A DNA stretch of 64,000 nt from Gemmatimonadaceae bacterium. Its GTDB lineage: Bacteria; Gemmatimonadota; Gemmatimonadetes; Gemmatimonadales; Gemmatimonadaceae. This document shows, piece after piece, positions 1-12,525 of the stretch. The first letter of the stretch is position 1. Each line of letters opens with the position of its first letter. The translations under genes and the position numbers were made by a program. Location: positions 544,001 through 608,000 of the forward strand of contig JBJMOW010000005.1 in NCBI GenBank assembly GCA_045803545.1, read 5' to 3'. Under the pieces are notes generated by a model that was given only the letters and a program-made list of their open reading frames with translations, searched no databases and was not told the origin of the DNA.

Positions 1-1092
1 CGCGAAGAGTTGCGGTCGCACCCTCGAGTATGGGTGGTTACGGGTGTCGCGGGGTTCATTGGATCTAACCTGCTGCAGGAGCTTTTGGCCCTGGGGCAAA
101 CTGTCGTCGGATTGGACAACTTTTCAACGGGTCATCGGGCGAACCTCGACGATGCACTCGTTGGACCGCTCGAGGGTTCGGCCAATTTCAGGATGTTAGA
201 AGGCGACATTCGCGACGTTCAGACTTGTCGGGACGCGTGCGAGTCGGCGGATTATGTGCTTCACCACGCGGCGCTTGGATCGGTACCGTGGTCCATGGAC
301 GATCCGCTACGCACGAATGCAGTCAACGTCGATGGCTTTGTAAATATGCTGGTCGCGGCAAAGGACGCCGGGGTGAGACGGTTCGTTTATGCATCTTCGA
401 GTGCCGTCTATGGAGACACCCCGGCGTATCCTCAAATTGAACAGACATTGGGCCGGCCGTTGTCACCCTACGCCGCGAGCAAGAGCGCGAATGAAACGTA
501 TGCGCTCGCGTTTGAAATGAGCTACGGGCTGCAGACGATCGGTTTGCGCTACTTCAACGTTTTCGGACGCCGGCAGGATCCCACTGGCGCTTATGCTGCG
601 GTTATCCCGCGTTGGATCGCCGCCCTGCTGCGTGGCGAGCGGTGCCGTATTTTCGGTGACGGAGAAACCACCCGGGATTTCTGCTACATCGCGAATGTGG
701 TTCAAGCCAATCTCCTCGCAGCGACTGCAGAGAAGGACGAGGCGACGTGCGACACCTATAACATCGCATGTGCCGAATCCGTGACGCTCAATCAGTTGTT
801 CGCAATGATGCGCGACGGACTGGCAGATCGAGACGCGCGGTTCACCGATGCTCGACCACTATACGACGGTTTTCGTCCGGGTGACATCCGATTTTCTTGT
901 GCATCAATTGACAAAGCGCGCAGCAAGCTCCGCTACTCGCCCACGCATGACGTCTCGTCGGGACTCGCCGACGCGCTTGACTGGTATGTCGAGAAGGCGG
1001 AGGCTTGGAATGCGGACGCAGTCTCGAGACGGAACGGGCACCTTCCGATCTCGACCGTAGGACAAATGCCGGCCCCCCAGGTTGCAGTATGA
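1..1092 (+). CDS. NAD-dependent epimerase/dehydratase, WbpP/TviC-like UDP-GlcNAc(A) C4-epimerase; probably 5'-truncated by the window edge
   Basis: GVAGFIG Rossmann motif, YAASK (YxxxK), LRYFNVFG, GDGETTRDF; the frame is open to position 1. Confidence 0.88.
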   Translation, partial: REELRSHPRVWVVTGVAGFIGSNLLQELLALGQTVVGLDNFSTGHRANLDDALVGPLEGSANFRMLEGDIRDVQTCRDACESADYVLHHAALGSVPWSMDDPLRTNAVNVDGFVNMLVAAKDAGVRRFVYASSSAVYGDTPAYPQIEQTLGRPLSPYAASKSANETYALAFEMSYGLQTIGLRYFNVFGRRQDPTGAYAAVIPRWIAALLRGERCRIFGDGETTRDFCYIANVVQANLLAATAEKDEATCDTYNIACAESVTLNQLFAMMRDGLADRDARFTDARPLYDGFRPGDIRFSCASIDKARSKLRYSPTHDVSSGLADALDWYVEKAEAWNADAVSRRNGHLPISTVGQMPAPQVAV

Positions 1093-2024
1093 GTGACGGG
1101 CATCCGAAGCAGAATGCGCTGGTTGGATTCAGCGATGAATGGATGCGCCGTTCAATGGAGACGGTCTTTCAGGAAAAGGGGTATCAGGTAACGCGAACCG
1201 CCTCCGGTAAGGAGGCACTCCAGCTCGCTCGTAGTGGGCGATTCGATGTGATCATCCTCGACGAACGAATCGAGCAATTGGTCGCTATAGATGTCTGCAT
1301 CGCGTTGCGCGACGATCCGTTGTTCGATCACGCCACGCCCATCGTCATCGTTTCGTCCGCGCACTCCACGTTACCAAGTCGCAGCGCTGCCTATGCCGCT
1401 GGCGCCTGGGAATACTGCCATCAGCCCGTCGATGTCGACGCACTGTTTCTGAAACTGGCCACCTTCCTGCGCGCACGGCGCGAGCTCGCCGAACACCAGG
1501 CGAAGTCGCTCATGGACCCTGCCAGCGGGTTATACACCGATTTTGGACTGCACCAACTCGCGGAGCAACTTGAAGCGCGCGCTGTGCGTAACCACGAGCC
1601 GTTCGCATGCCTGGCGTTTGCATCCGTCTCCGGCGAAGGCGATGCGCCGGCGAACCGCGACACCGCGCGAACAAGCTTCCGGGACCTTGCGCATGCCGTC
1701 CGGGAACAGGCGCGCCGGTCAGATGTCATTGCGAAACGAGGCGAGTCGCGCCTTGCGGTTCTCGCACCGGGCACGGACGCCGCAGGTGCGCGCCATCTGG
1801 TCGCACGCTTACAGCGTGAGCTCGGGGACTCCGCGAAAGGCAGTAAGGGATCCGCGGTCCGCCTGCGCGCGGGATATTGCGCCGTTTCCGACCTCGCGGC
1901 CGCAAAGCTCGAGGTCACCGAACTAGTCCACCGCGCTGAGAGCGCCCTGGCCCAGGTGGGGGGCACTAACCAAGACAGCGTGCTCAGTTTTGACGACCTA
2001 TCCCCGGGAGAATCTCGACCTTAA
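1089..2024 (+). CDS. Receiver-like domain + degenerate GGDEF domain protein
   Basis: ATGA overlap with the upstream stop; REC-like DVIILD..; GGDEF-domain landmarks DPASGLY, RRSD, LVHRAESAL, but the active site reads RGESR. Confidence 0.8.
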   Translation: MSDGHPKQNALVGFSDEWMRRSMETVFQEKGYQVTRTASGKEALQLARSGRFDVIILDERIEQLVAIDVCIALRDDPLFDHATPIVIVSSAHSTLPSRSAAYAAGAWEYCHQPVDVDALFLKLATFLRARRELAEHQAKSLMDPASGLYTDFGLHQLAEQLEARAVRNHEPFACLAFASVSGEGDAPANRDTARTSFRDLAHAVREQARRSDVIAKRGESRLAVLAPGTDAAGARHLVARLQRELGDSAKGSKGSAVRLRAGYCAVSDLAAAKLEVTELVHRAESALAQVGGTNQDSVLSFDDLSPGESRP

Positions 2025-2113
2025 CCGTTTCAGCCGTCGATCGGCCAATTATTTCGCGTTTCACGGTGTGAAACACGCCGTGGGCTCCTAGACTCACGCA
2101 GCACACTGCGCCC

Positions 2114-2142
2114 TTGACCTGTCGGGGGCTTTTCCCTAAGAT
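2114..2142 (+). promoter_or_regulatory. Putative sigma70 promoter of the histidine kinase gene
   Basis: TTGACC (2114-2119), 17-nt spacer, TAAGAT (2137-2142). Confidence 0.55.
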
Positions 2143-2179
2143 GGGCGTCCGCGAGCGGTCATCGTGTGACGGAGATCCA

Positions 2180-3349
2180 ATGGCGCAGATGGACCCCGCT
2201 GCAACAAAAACTGTCTCCGCAATGACTGATTATTCGGATTACGGACTTGGGTCCGGTCCGATCGAATCCGCCTCGCCAACACGTTCGGAAAGTGCCTCCC
2301 CTGCACCGGTGGGCGCCGCTTTCTCTCCTTCGGCGGCGAAACTCATCGGCGCGCTCAGGATCGCCGCCGATCGAACGGCAACGGCGATTGCACACGGTAC
2401 CAAGCAGACCCGACTCGAAGTACGTGAGCGGCTAACCGAAGTAATCTGCTGGCTTATCGGCAGCCTCCAAACACGCGAAGGCGCGAATAAAGTTCCGCCC
2501 GTTATCGCGCGCGAATATGTCTCGACGCTAAAGATCAATTTTCTTACCGAGTTGGCGACGACATCCGACCTCAACGCGAATGAGGTTGTGTCCACACTCA
2601 TCAAGCTCGACGAAGCGGAGGAAGCCTGGAAGCGCACTGACCGCGGCAAGTTCATCTCGCGTCTTACCGGCGCAGACTGCGCCGATGCGGTGGTGGCGAT
2701 TGCACATGACATTCGCTCACCTCTCGGCTCCATTCTGCTGCTCGTCGACTCGCTCCGACGCAGCGAACGAGTAGCGCCAAACCCTGTGCGCGAACGCCAG
2801 CTCGGCCTGATCTACGGGGCCGCTTTCGGTTTGAGCACGACGGTCTCGAATCTGATCGCGGCGGCGCGCGGAGACGGGCTGGTCCAGGGTAACCCGGCAC
2901 CTTTTTCCGTTAGCGAGATGATGCACTCTGTGAGTGACATTGTGCAGCCGATGTGCGAAGAAAAAGGCATTCCTCTCGGAATGGAATTCGTCGATCACGA
3001 CGCCCGCGTTGGATACGGGTCGGCGATTCAACAGGCACTGCTCAATCTGACCTCCAACGCGCTTCGTTATACCGACGCTGGAAGCGTAGCGATGGGTTGT
3101 TCCGAGGTCGCAGGAGATAGGGTTGAATTCTGGGTCGAAGACACTGGCCCGGGAATTCCCGACGACGTCCTCGAGCGCCTTTGCTACGGGTTCCCGCCCG
3201 AAGGCGTGAAGCTTCGGTTCTCGAGCGCAGGGCTCGGCTTGGCAATTGTTCGCACTTTGGTTGAGGCGATGGGTAGTTCGTTGCAGGTCGACAGCGGCGT
3301 GGAAGGCACCCGCTTCTCCTTTGTTCTGTCACTGCCCATCCTGCAGTAA
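2180..3349 (+). CDS. Soluble histidine kinase (HisKA + HATPase_c)
   Basis: H box AHDIRSPL, N box NLTSNALRY, G1 DTGPGI, G2 GLGLAIV; GGAGA RBS at 2171; no obvious TM segment. Confidence 0.85.
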   Translation: MAQMDPAATKTVSAMTDYSDYGLGSGPIESASPTRSESASPAPVGAAFSPSAAKLIGALRIAADRTATAIAHGTKQTRLEVRERLTEVICWLIGSLQTREGANKVPPVIAREYVSTLKINFLTELATTSDLNANEVVSTLIKLDEAEEAWKRTDRGKFISRLTGADCADAVVAIAHDIRSPLGSILLLVDSLRRSERVAPNPVRERQLGLIYGAAFGLSTTVSNLIAAARGDGLVQGNPAPFSVSEMMHSVSDIVQPMCEEKGIPLGMEFVDHDARVGYGSAIQQALLNLTSNALRYTDAGSVAMGCSEVAGDRVEFWVEDTGPGIPDDVLERLCYGFPPEGVKLRFSSAGLGLAIVRTLVEAMGSSLQVDSGVEGTRFSFVLSLPILQ

Positions 3350-3484
3350 CGCCTTTGTAGATCCATAACTTAGCTGTACCCACCGGCGTGTTTCTGCGCC
3401 GGTTTTCTTGTATCCGGGCCCGTCTTACAGTCGTCATCCTATAGACCCCAGCGAGCCTGCCCAGCCTTGTGTTGGACGGGCTCG

Positions 3485-3584
3485 CTCCTCCGAAAACCGG
3501 CAAAACCACCGAAAGGTGGTGACCGCAAAGCCGCGACGCTAAAGCGCCCAAGGCGCCACGCGAGTCGGGCTACCGAAGAGGAGG
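3485..3584 (+). ncRNA. c-di-GMP-I (GEMM) riboswitch
   Basis: GGCAAAA, P2 ACCACC-GAAA-GGTGGT, GACCGCAAAGCC junction, CTAAA receptor-like element, P3 tip GCGCC-CAA-GGCGC, closing GGGCTACCGA; P1 CTCCTC/GAGGAG. Confidence 0.85.
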
Positions 3585-3588
3585 TTCA

Positions 3589-4530
3589 ATGCAGTTGCTC
3601 GGTGAACGTCCGCCGCTGGCATTGGTCGCCTGTAGCGATGACTGGATGAGCAGAGCGCTGGAGAATGTATTCCAGCTGCGCGGGTACGTGGTTGCGCATA
3701 CACGCTCCAGCATGCAAGCCCTCGAGCTCGCGCGACTGGCCAATCATGACCTGCTCGTACTCGACGAATCGCTATCCGACATTCCCGCGCTCGAATTGTG
3801 TCGCGCAATTAAGGACAGCGCGCAATACGATCATTCGATCCCGGTAGTGATCACCGCTTCTACGCCCGCTGATCCCAGATCACGCATGATGGCTTACAGC
3901 GCTGGAGCCTGGGAATACTGCAGTCATCCCGTTGATCTCGATCCCGTTTTCACGAAGGTCGCAACCTTCCTCCGCGCACGCGGCGAATTGGTTCTTTCGC
4001 GAAGCCAGGATTTCGTCGACTCCAGCACCGGGCTTTACACGAAGTTTGGATTGCGTCAACTCGCCGGAAAGCTCAGCGCACGCGCGCAGCGAAACCACGA
4101 AGCGTTCGCCTGCGTCGCATTCGCACCGCAAGTGCAGGATCGCGAGGTGGGCTCGAGTATGTTGTGGAAGGAAAGCTCCGCTGGCTTCGCCGATGTCGCA
4201 CACGTCTTCCGCGAGCAAAGTCGCCAGTCCGATATCGTTGGGCTGGTCGGAGACTCCCGACTCGCCATTCTGGCTCCCGATACAGACGCCGCCGGCGCGC
4301 GATTGCTCGTCGCCAGACTGCAGCGCGAGCTAGATCACGCTGCTCGCGCCAAGACTATCTCGGGTCAGGTTCGTCTGCGAGTAGGCTACTCGGCGGTTCA
4401 AGACCTTGCCGAATCCAAAGTCAATGTCGCCGAGCTGGTGCACCGCGCCGAGAGTGCGCTCGATCACGCGCCGCTCCAGGGCGAGAACTCGGCGGTCGTC
4501 AGCTTCGATGATTTGCCGATCTTTGAGTGA
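3589..4530 (+). CDS. Receiver-like domain + degenerate GGDEF domain protein (paralog of 1089..2024)
   Basis: GAGGAGG RBS; shares AGAWEYC, RNHE.FAC, DAAGAR, ELVHRAESAL blocks with the paralog; I-site RQSD; active site reads VGDSR. Confidence 0.85.
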   Translation: MQLLGERPPLALVACSDDWMSRALENVFQLRGYVVAHTRSSMQALELARLANHDLLVLDESLSDIPALELCRAIKDSAQYDHSIPVVITASTPADPRSRMMAYSAGAWEYCSHPVDLDPVFTKVATFLRARGELVLSRSQDFVDSSTGLYTKFGLRQLAGKLSARAQRNHEAFACVAFAPQVQDREVGSSMLWKESSAGFADVAHVFREQSRQSDIVGLVGDSRLAILAPDTDAAGARLLVARLQRELDHAARAKTISGQVRLRVGYSAVQDLAESKVNVAELVHRAESALDHAPLQGENSAVVSFDDLPIFE

Positions 4531-4545
4531 GGCATCGGCGTCGGC

Positions 4546-4581
4546 AAAAAAAGGCAACGGTTATAACCGTTGCCTTTTTTT
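4546..4581. terminator. Bidirectional rho-independent terminator
   Basis: Perfect inverted repeat AAAAAAAGGCAACGGTTA/TAACCGTTGCCTTTTTTT between convergent transcripts. Confidence 0.9.
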
Positions 4582-4609
4582 GTGTCCAGCGGCCACTGCA
4601 CTATGTGAG

Positions 4610-4682
4610 TGGAGCGTACAGGGATCGAACCTGCGACCTCCTGGTTGCAAACCAGGCGCTCTCCCAGCTGAGCTAACGCCCC
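4610..4682 (-). tRNA. tRNA-Ala(TGC), CCA not encoded
   Basis: Reverse complement GGGGCGTTAGCTCAGCTGGGAGAGCG..., anticodon arm CCTGG-TTTGCAA-CCAGG, T-loop GGTTCGATCC. Confidence 0.97.
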
Positions 4683-4732
4683 GCAGCAGGAAATATAAAA
4701 GGGCCAGCAGGTTCGGACTAAGAAAACCCGAA

Positions 4733-6055
4733 CTACTCGTGCGCCGGAAGCGGCTCCATCGTCCGAGGATTGACCGGCACCTGCACTTCATCGCGATACG
4801 GCGAGGTCATCAACAGCACGCGCATTCGGGGAAACGCGTTTGAGAACGCGAGATAGCAGAAGCCCCAAATGCCGAGCATGCCGAGGGTGATGCCGATCTC
4901 CCAAATTCCGAACGGAATATCGTGGAGCGCTCCATAGATCGAAGGATAAACCTCGAGATAGCGCGTCATCCACAACCCGCTTACCGTGCACAGCGCGAAG
5001 AACGCCATCGTTGGCAGGAAAACTTTCGCCGCGCGCGACAGCAAGCCGAAAAATGGCAGGACGAACATCAGGCTGACGGCGATCAACGTTGGAATTCTCC
5101 AGCCTTCGATCAAACGCAACCTCGCCCAGTGCGTCTCCTCGCCCATGTTGCCGTACCAGAGCACGAGGTACTGGCCGAAGGTGATGTAGCCCCAGAAGGC
5201 AGTGAACGCGAAGCAAAGTTTGCCGAGGTCGTGGAAATGCTTGTCTTGAATGAGATCGTAGCGCCCCAGATACCGACGCCATGCCATCACGATCAGCGTC
5301 CAGCTCGCCAGCGCCGCGACCCACGCGCCCATGAAGAACCACCAACCGTACATGGTGCTCTGGAAATGGGGATCGAGCGACATCGACAAATCCCACGACA
5401 GCACGATCCAGCCAAAGCCCCACACAAACGCAAGCGCCACGGCGAGGTATCCCTGACGTGAATGCGTAGTGTGCAGCTCGCGCCGCTCGTCGCCGAAGTT
5501 GCGTCGCATGCGATCACGAATGCCGCGCGCCCAGTTGGGTCCGCCCTCCGGCAGAATTCCAACGTCGAGTCGCAGACACATGTAGATGTAGCGGAGACTC
5601 ACGAGCGTGATCAACAGGAAGATGAGGATCACGCGCGGATAGTAGAAACCAGGCCCCAGGTAAATCGCCTTTTCGCGAATTTCGGGCGTGCGGGTCGTCC
5701 ACCACAAAACGTGGTGTCTGCCGAACAAGAGAATCAGCAGCAGCAGGACGAAGGCCACGGGCAAAAACGCGACGTATCCCTCGAGAAAGCGAATGATGGG
5801 GCGAGACCAGCGCGCGGTCGTAATGCGCTGAACCGCCACGAACATCACACCCGCAGAGGAAACGCTCGCGAAGTACAGCCAGTTCGTGAGCAATGCCTGC
5901 CACGCGCGATCTGGCTTTACGAATAGGCCAATGAGGAATATGAGAGTGCCTAGGGCCGCGAGCACCAGGCAGACGGTGGTGAGAATCGGCGGTGTCGGCC
6001 GGTCAATGCCGACCAGAACTTCGTCTCGCGATGGAGCGTGTGCGTCGTGCGTCAT
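4733..6055 (-). CDS. actF: Alternative complex III membrane subunit F
   Basis: Polytopic; DLSMSLDPHFQST, HDLGKLCFAF, WYGNMGEET motifs; last gene of the act operon. Confidence 0.88.
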   Translation of the reverse strand: MTHDAHAPSRDEVLVGIDRPTPPILTTVCLVLAALGTLIFLIGLFVKPDRAWQALLTNWLYFASVSSAGVMFVAVQRITTARWSRPIIRFLEGYVAFLPVAFVLLLLILLFGRHHVLWWTTRTPEIREKAIYLGPGFYYPRVILIFLLITLVSLRYIYMCLRLDVGILPEGGPNWARGIRDRMRRNFGDERRELHTTHSRQGYLAVALAFVWGFGWIVLSWDLSMSLDPHFQSTMYGWWFFMGAWVAALASWTLIVMAWRRYLGRYDLIQDKHFHDLGKLCFAFTAFWGYITFGQYLVLWYGNMGEETHWARLRLIEGWRIPTLIAVSLMFVLPFFGLLSRAAKVFLPTMAFFALCTVSGLWMTRYLEVYPSIYGALHDIPFGIWEIGITLGMLGIWGFCYLAFSNAFPRMRVLLMTSPYRDEVQVPVNPRTMEPLPAHE

Positions 6056-6858
6056 CGCGTCGACCTCGCTCGTGCGGTGTCTCGCGCTTTCGTTGAATCC
6101 GTCCGAGTGCGCGCCGTATCGGTCGGCGTCGTCGGCTGGAGTCCCTGTTGCGCTGCCGCCGCTGGCGACGCCTCGTTCTGCGCACCAGGCAACAGCGTGC
6201 GTGGCGGAGAGAACGGCGCCGGACGCTGTGGACCGAGCACAGTCGGGCCTGGCACCTTGTCGCCAGTCACGCCGGGCGGGGCTAGCGCTCCGACTTGAAC
6301 GGTCTTGCCGTTCACGCCCTGCAGTGCGCGGACGTAGTTCACCACGTCCCAGCGATCCATTTCCTCGATGCGGTTGTAGGGAGGCATTAAACCGCGTCCG
6401 TTCCGGATCATTCCAAAGATGTAGCCATCGGTGCGCGCCTTGGTCATGTCCGTCGTAAGGTTGATCCCTGGCATTCCGTATCTGGTCGCGGGACCATCTC
6501 CTATCGCGCGGTCACCATGACACGGCACGCAATTAATCGTGAAGTATTTCCTGCCGTTGGCAAGCGACGAATCCGAAGCCGGCGTTGGATTGCGCAGATT
6601 CGACATCGAGTCGATCGTCGCCGGAAAAGCGCCGTACGAAACCTGGAATCCCGCCACCGCGGTTCCGGTGGTCGGCACCGAGAACTGCGGATTTCCACGG
6701 GAGGGAGTGAGCGAGTCCTTCACCGGTTCCCAGGTCCACAGCGACGGCTGGCGCTTGAAGTCGGTGAACCATTCGCACGCGGTCAAGAACAACGGCGCTA
6801 CCAGTAGCAGCACGCGCGCGCGCGATCGGGCGCGACGCAACATGCGATCAACGTTCAC
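6052..6858 (-). CDS. actE: Alternative complex III monoheme cytochrome c lipoprotein subunit E
   Basis: Lipobox LTAC, single CVPCH, distal Met GLMPPY; GTG start overlapping the end of actD (ATG at 6843 is an alternative). Confidence 0.85.
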   Translation of the reverse strand: MNVDRMLRRARSRARVLLLVAPLFLTACEWFTDFKRQPSLWTWEPVKDSLTPSRGNPQFSVPTTGTAVAGFQVSYGAFPATIDSMSNLRNPTPASDSSLANGRKYFTINCVPCHGDRAIGDGPATRYGMPGINLTTDMTKARTDGYIFGMIRNGRGLMPPYNRIEEMDRWDVVNYVRALQGVNGKTVQVGALAPPGVTGDKVPGPTVLGPQRPAPFSPPRTLLPGAQNEASPAAAAQQGLQPTTPTDTARTRTDSTKARDTARARSTR

Positions 6859-7348
6859 GTCGCACCTCGGTCGCGCCATGCTGCTTGAGCAAATCCTCTG
6901 CTGTTCGCGCCTGCTCTGGTGGACACTCCACCCAGATCCCGTAATCACCGTGACTGAAGCGCGGGTCATATCCAACCATCATCGTCAAGCGAGGAATCCG
7001 CGCAGCAATGAACAGACCGGCAACGGTCGACAGACCGCCGATCAACACCATCACTTCAAATCCGAAAATCGTATACGGAACCCACGACGCGATTGGCTTA
7101 CCGCCGACGACCAGTGGCCAGTAGTCAGAAACCCAGATCGCGATCCAATATCCGAAAGTACATCCGAGCAGTCCGCCGATCAGTGTGAACCGACGGACGG
7201 GACTCGGTGGCGCCGCGATCGCCTCTTCCAACTCGTGACGTGGGGTCGGCGTGAAGACCCGAATCTCCCCGAGGTTTTTCTGCTTCAACGCCTCTATCGC
7301 GTCGACTGTCGAGTCGAGATCGTGGAACGCCGCCAGTACTCCGCGCAT
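6848..7348 (-). CDS. actD: Alternative complex III subunit D (DUF3341)
   Basis: FTPTP, WPLVVGGKP, FEVMVL, YDPRFS motifs; operon position. Confidence 0.88.
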   Translation of the reverse strand: MRGVLAAFHDLDSTVDAIEALKQKNLGEIRVFTPTPRHELEEAIAAPPSPVRRFTLIGGLLGCTFGYWIAIWVSDYWPLVVGGKPIASWVPYTIFGFEVMVLIGGLSTVAGLFIAARIPRLTMMVGYDPRFSHGDYGIWVECPPEQARTAEDLLKQHGATEVRRER

Positions 7349-8808
7349 CAGGCGAACTCTCCCGGCGTGTCAGCCTCGAACTCGAAATGACGGCCCGCTG
7401 CGTCGACGCCGTGTTCGTGTTGTTTGCCTAGCTGAGGCGGAACGATTTCCTTCACTTCAGAGATGGCGATCACGGGTAGCTGCTTGATGAATAGCAGGAA
7501 CCACATCGAGAACCAGCCGAAGCTCCCGATCAGGATCGAGTAGTCGACAATCGTCGGCCGATAACTCGTCCATTGCCACGGCTCGAATTCGTGGGACAGT
7601 GATGGCACCACGATCACGAATCGCTCGAACCACATTCCGATGTTGATCGTGAACGAGATAATGAACAGCCACGCCGCACTGCGTCTGAGCTTCTGCACGA
7701 ACAGCGAAAGCGGCAGCACCATGTTGCAGGTGTAAAGAATCGCCGAGGCCCACCACCACTGACCCCAGATGCGGTTCGCGAAGAAGTTCTGCTCGAACTC
7801 GTTGCCGCTGTACCACGCTACAAACCACTCATTCATGTATGCGCAGCCCACCACGAGCGACGTGAACAGCGCGAGCTTGGCGGCGGCATCGAGATGGTTG
7901 ATCGTGACGTAGTGCCGAACGCCGAACCACTTCCTCAATGGGATGATGATGGTGAACACCATTCCCATACCGGAGAAGATTGCGCCGGCAACGAAGTAGG
8001 GCGGGAAAATCGTGGTGTGCCAGCCCGGCGTCAGCGCCATTGCGAAGTCGAAGGACACGACCGAGTGCACCGAGAGGACCAGAGGCGTCGACAACGCCGC
8101 CAGGAATAGATAGGCTCTAGCGAAGTGTCGCCACTCGTTGTCGGTGTTTCGCCAGCCGAGCGAGAGCATGGTGAAGAGGCGCTTTCTGATCGGGCTGATA
8201 TTCTCGCGATCTCTCAACACCGCGATGTCTGGAATCAGTCCGATGTAGAGGAACGTGCTGGAGATCGTGAAGTACGTTAGAATCGCGAACACGTCCCACA
8301 CCAGCGGACTCTTGAACTGCGGCCAGATGTAGCGCCAGTTCGGATACGCTATCAGCCAGAAGAATTTCCAGGGCCGGCCGAGGTGGAGAATTGGGAACAG
8401 CGCTGCCGTCATGACCGCGAACACTGTCATTGCTTCCGCGCAACGATAAATCGTGGTTCGGAATCCCGCCCTGAACAGATATAGGATCGCCGAGATAAGT
8501 GTTCCGGCGTGGCCGATACCGATCCAGAATACGAAAGTGATGATGTACACGCCCCACATTACCGGCGGGTTGTAACCGGCAACACCGAGACCGGTGTAGA
8601 TCTGGTACATCCACGCGGTGATACCGATCAGCAACGCCAGGACCGCGACGCCGAGTCCGATGAACCATGGAAGGCTCGGGCGGAGAGTGCGAATGATTTC
8701 GCGATCGACCTGCTCGTAACTGCGGACCGCCGGCAACTGCACCGACGCGCTCGCGATGTTAGGCCGACGCGGTTCGTCCGCGGGAACTGGTTTCGTTACA
8801 GTCGCCAT
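7348..8808 (-). CDS. actC: Alternative complex III quinol-oxidising NrfD-family subunit C
   Basis: FVFWIGIGHAGTLISAIL, HLGRPW, SPLVWD, LSVHSVVSFDFA, GWHTTIFPPYFVAGAIFSG. Confidence 0.93.
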   Translation of the reverse strand: MATVTKPVPADEPRRPNIASASVQLPAVRSYEQVDREIIRTLRPSLPWFIGLGVAVLALLIGITAWMYQIYTGLGVAGYNPPVMWGVYIITFVFWIGIGHAGTLISAILYLFRAGFRTTIYRCAEAMTVFAVMTAALFPILHLGRPWKFFWLIAYPNWRYIWPQFKSPLVWDVFAILTYFTISSTFLYIGLIPDIAVLRDRENISPIRKRLFTMLSLGWRNTDNEWRHFARAYLFLAALSTPLVLSVHSVVSFDFAMALTPGWHTTIFPPYFVAGAIFSGMGMVFTIIIPLRKWFGVRHYVTINHLDAAAKLALFTSLVVGCAYMNEWFVAWYSGNEFEQNFFANRIWGQWWWASAILYTCNMVLPLSLFVQKLRRSAAWLFIISFTINIGMWFERFVIVVPSLSHEFEPWQWTSYRPTIVDYSILIGSFGWFSMWFLLFIKQLPVIAISEVKEIVPPQLGKQHEHGVDAAGRHFEFEADTPGEFA

Positions 8809-8810
8809 TT

Positions 8811-11936
<3,126 letters not shown>

Positions 11937-11940
11937 TCGA

Positions 11941-12486
11941 TTAGTAGTGACACACCGCGCAATCGTAACGAGCGCGGAAAGGTGGATTCGACTGACCGAT
12001 GTGACAGTTGACGCACCATCCCATGTTTAATGAGTTGGCCTGGTAGACCTGCTTCATCGCCTGGATTTGCCCGTGACATGTCTGGCACGTTACGCCGGCA
12101 TTGACGTGACGCATGTGCGGGAAGTGAACGTACTCGGGCACCTTGTGGATACGAATCCAGGGTACGGGCTCTTTCTTGGTCGCGAAGCCAACAAGCTTCT
12201 TGATTTCTGCTTTGTTGTCGTCCGTCGTGCCCTGCACCACGGTGTGACAACCCATGCAGGTGCTCATCGCGGGCAAACCCGGGTCGAACGATTTGTTGGC
12301 GGAGAAGTGACAGTACAGGCAGTTCATCTTGAGAGTGTCCACGTGCACGGTGTGTCGGAACTTCACCGGTTGCACGGGACTGTTTCCCTCTGACGAAGAC
12401 GCGCCGCTGTACGCAGAAAGCATGGTGGCCAGCGCCGCTATGCACACGAAGCCCGGCACTGCAAACCATCTGCTTCGCAAATTCAT
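11941..12486 (-). CDS. actA: Alternative complex III pentaheme cytochrome c subunit A
   Basis: Five CxxCH motifs (CLYCH, CMGCH, CQTCH, CVNCH, CAVCH) after an N-terminal hydrophobic segment. Confidence 0.92.
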   Translation of the reverse strand: MNLRSRWFAVPGFVCIAALATMLSAYSGASSSEGNSPVQPVKFRHTVHVDTLKMNCLYCHFSANKSFDPGLPAMSTCMGCHTVVQGTTDDNKAEIKKLVGFATKKEPVPWIRIHKVPEYVHFPHMRHVNAGVTCQTCHGQIQAMKQVYQANSLNMGWCVNCHIGQSNPPFRARYDCAVCHY

Positions 12487-12525
12487 CCGCGAGAGTTGGT
12501 GTAAAGGCGAGTTAATAGGTCGGGT

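Noticed and set aside
1089..4530. Active diguanylate cyclases
   Set aside because: The GG(D/E)EF catalytic motif is absent in both proteins
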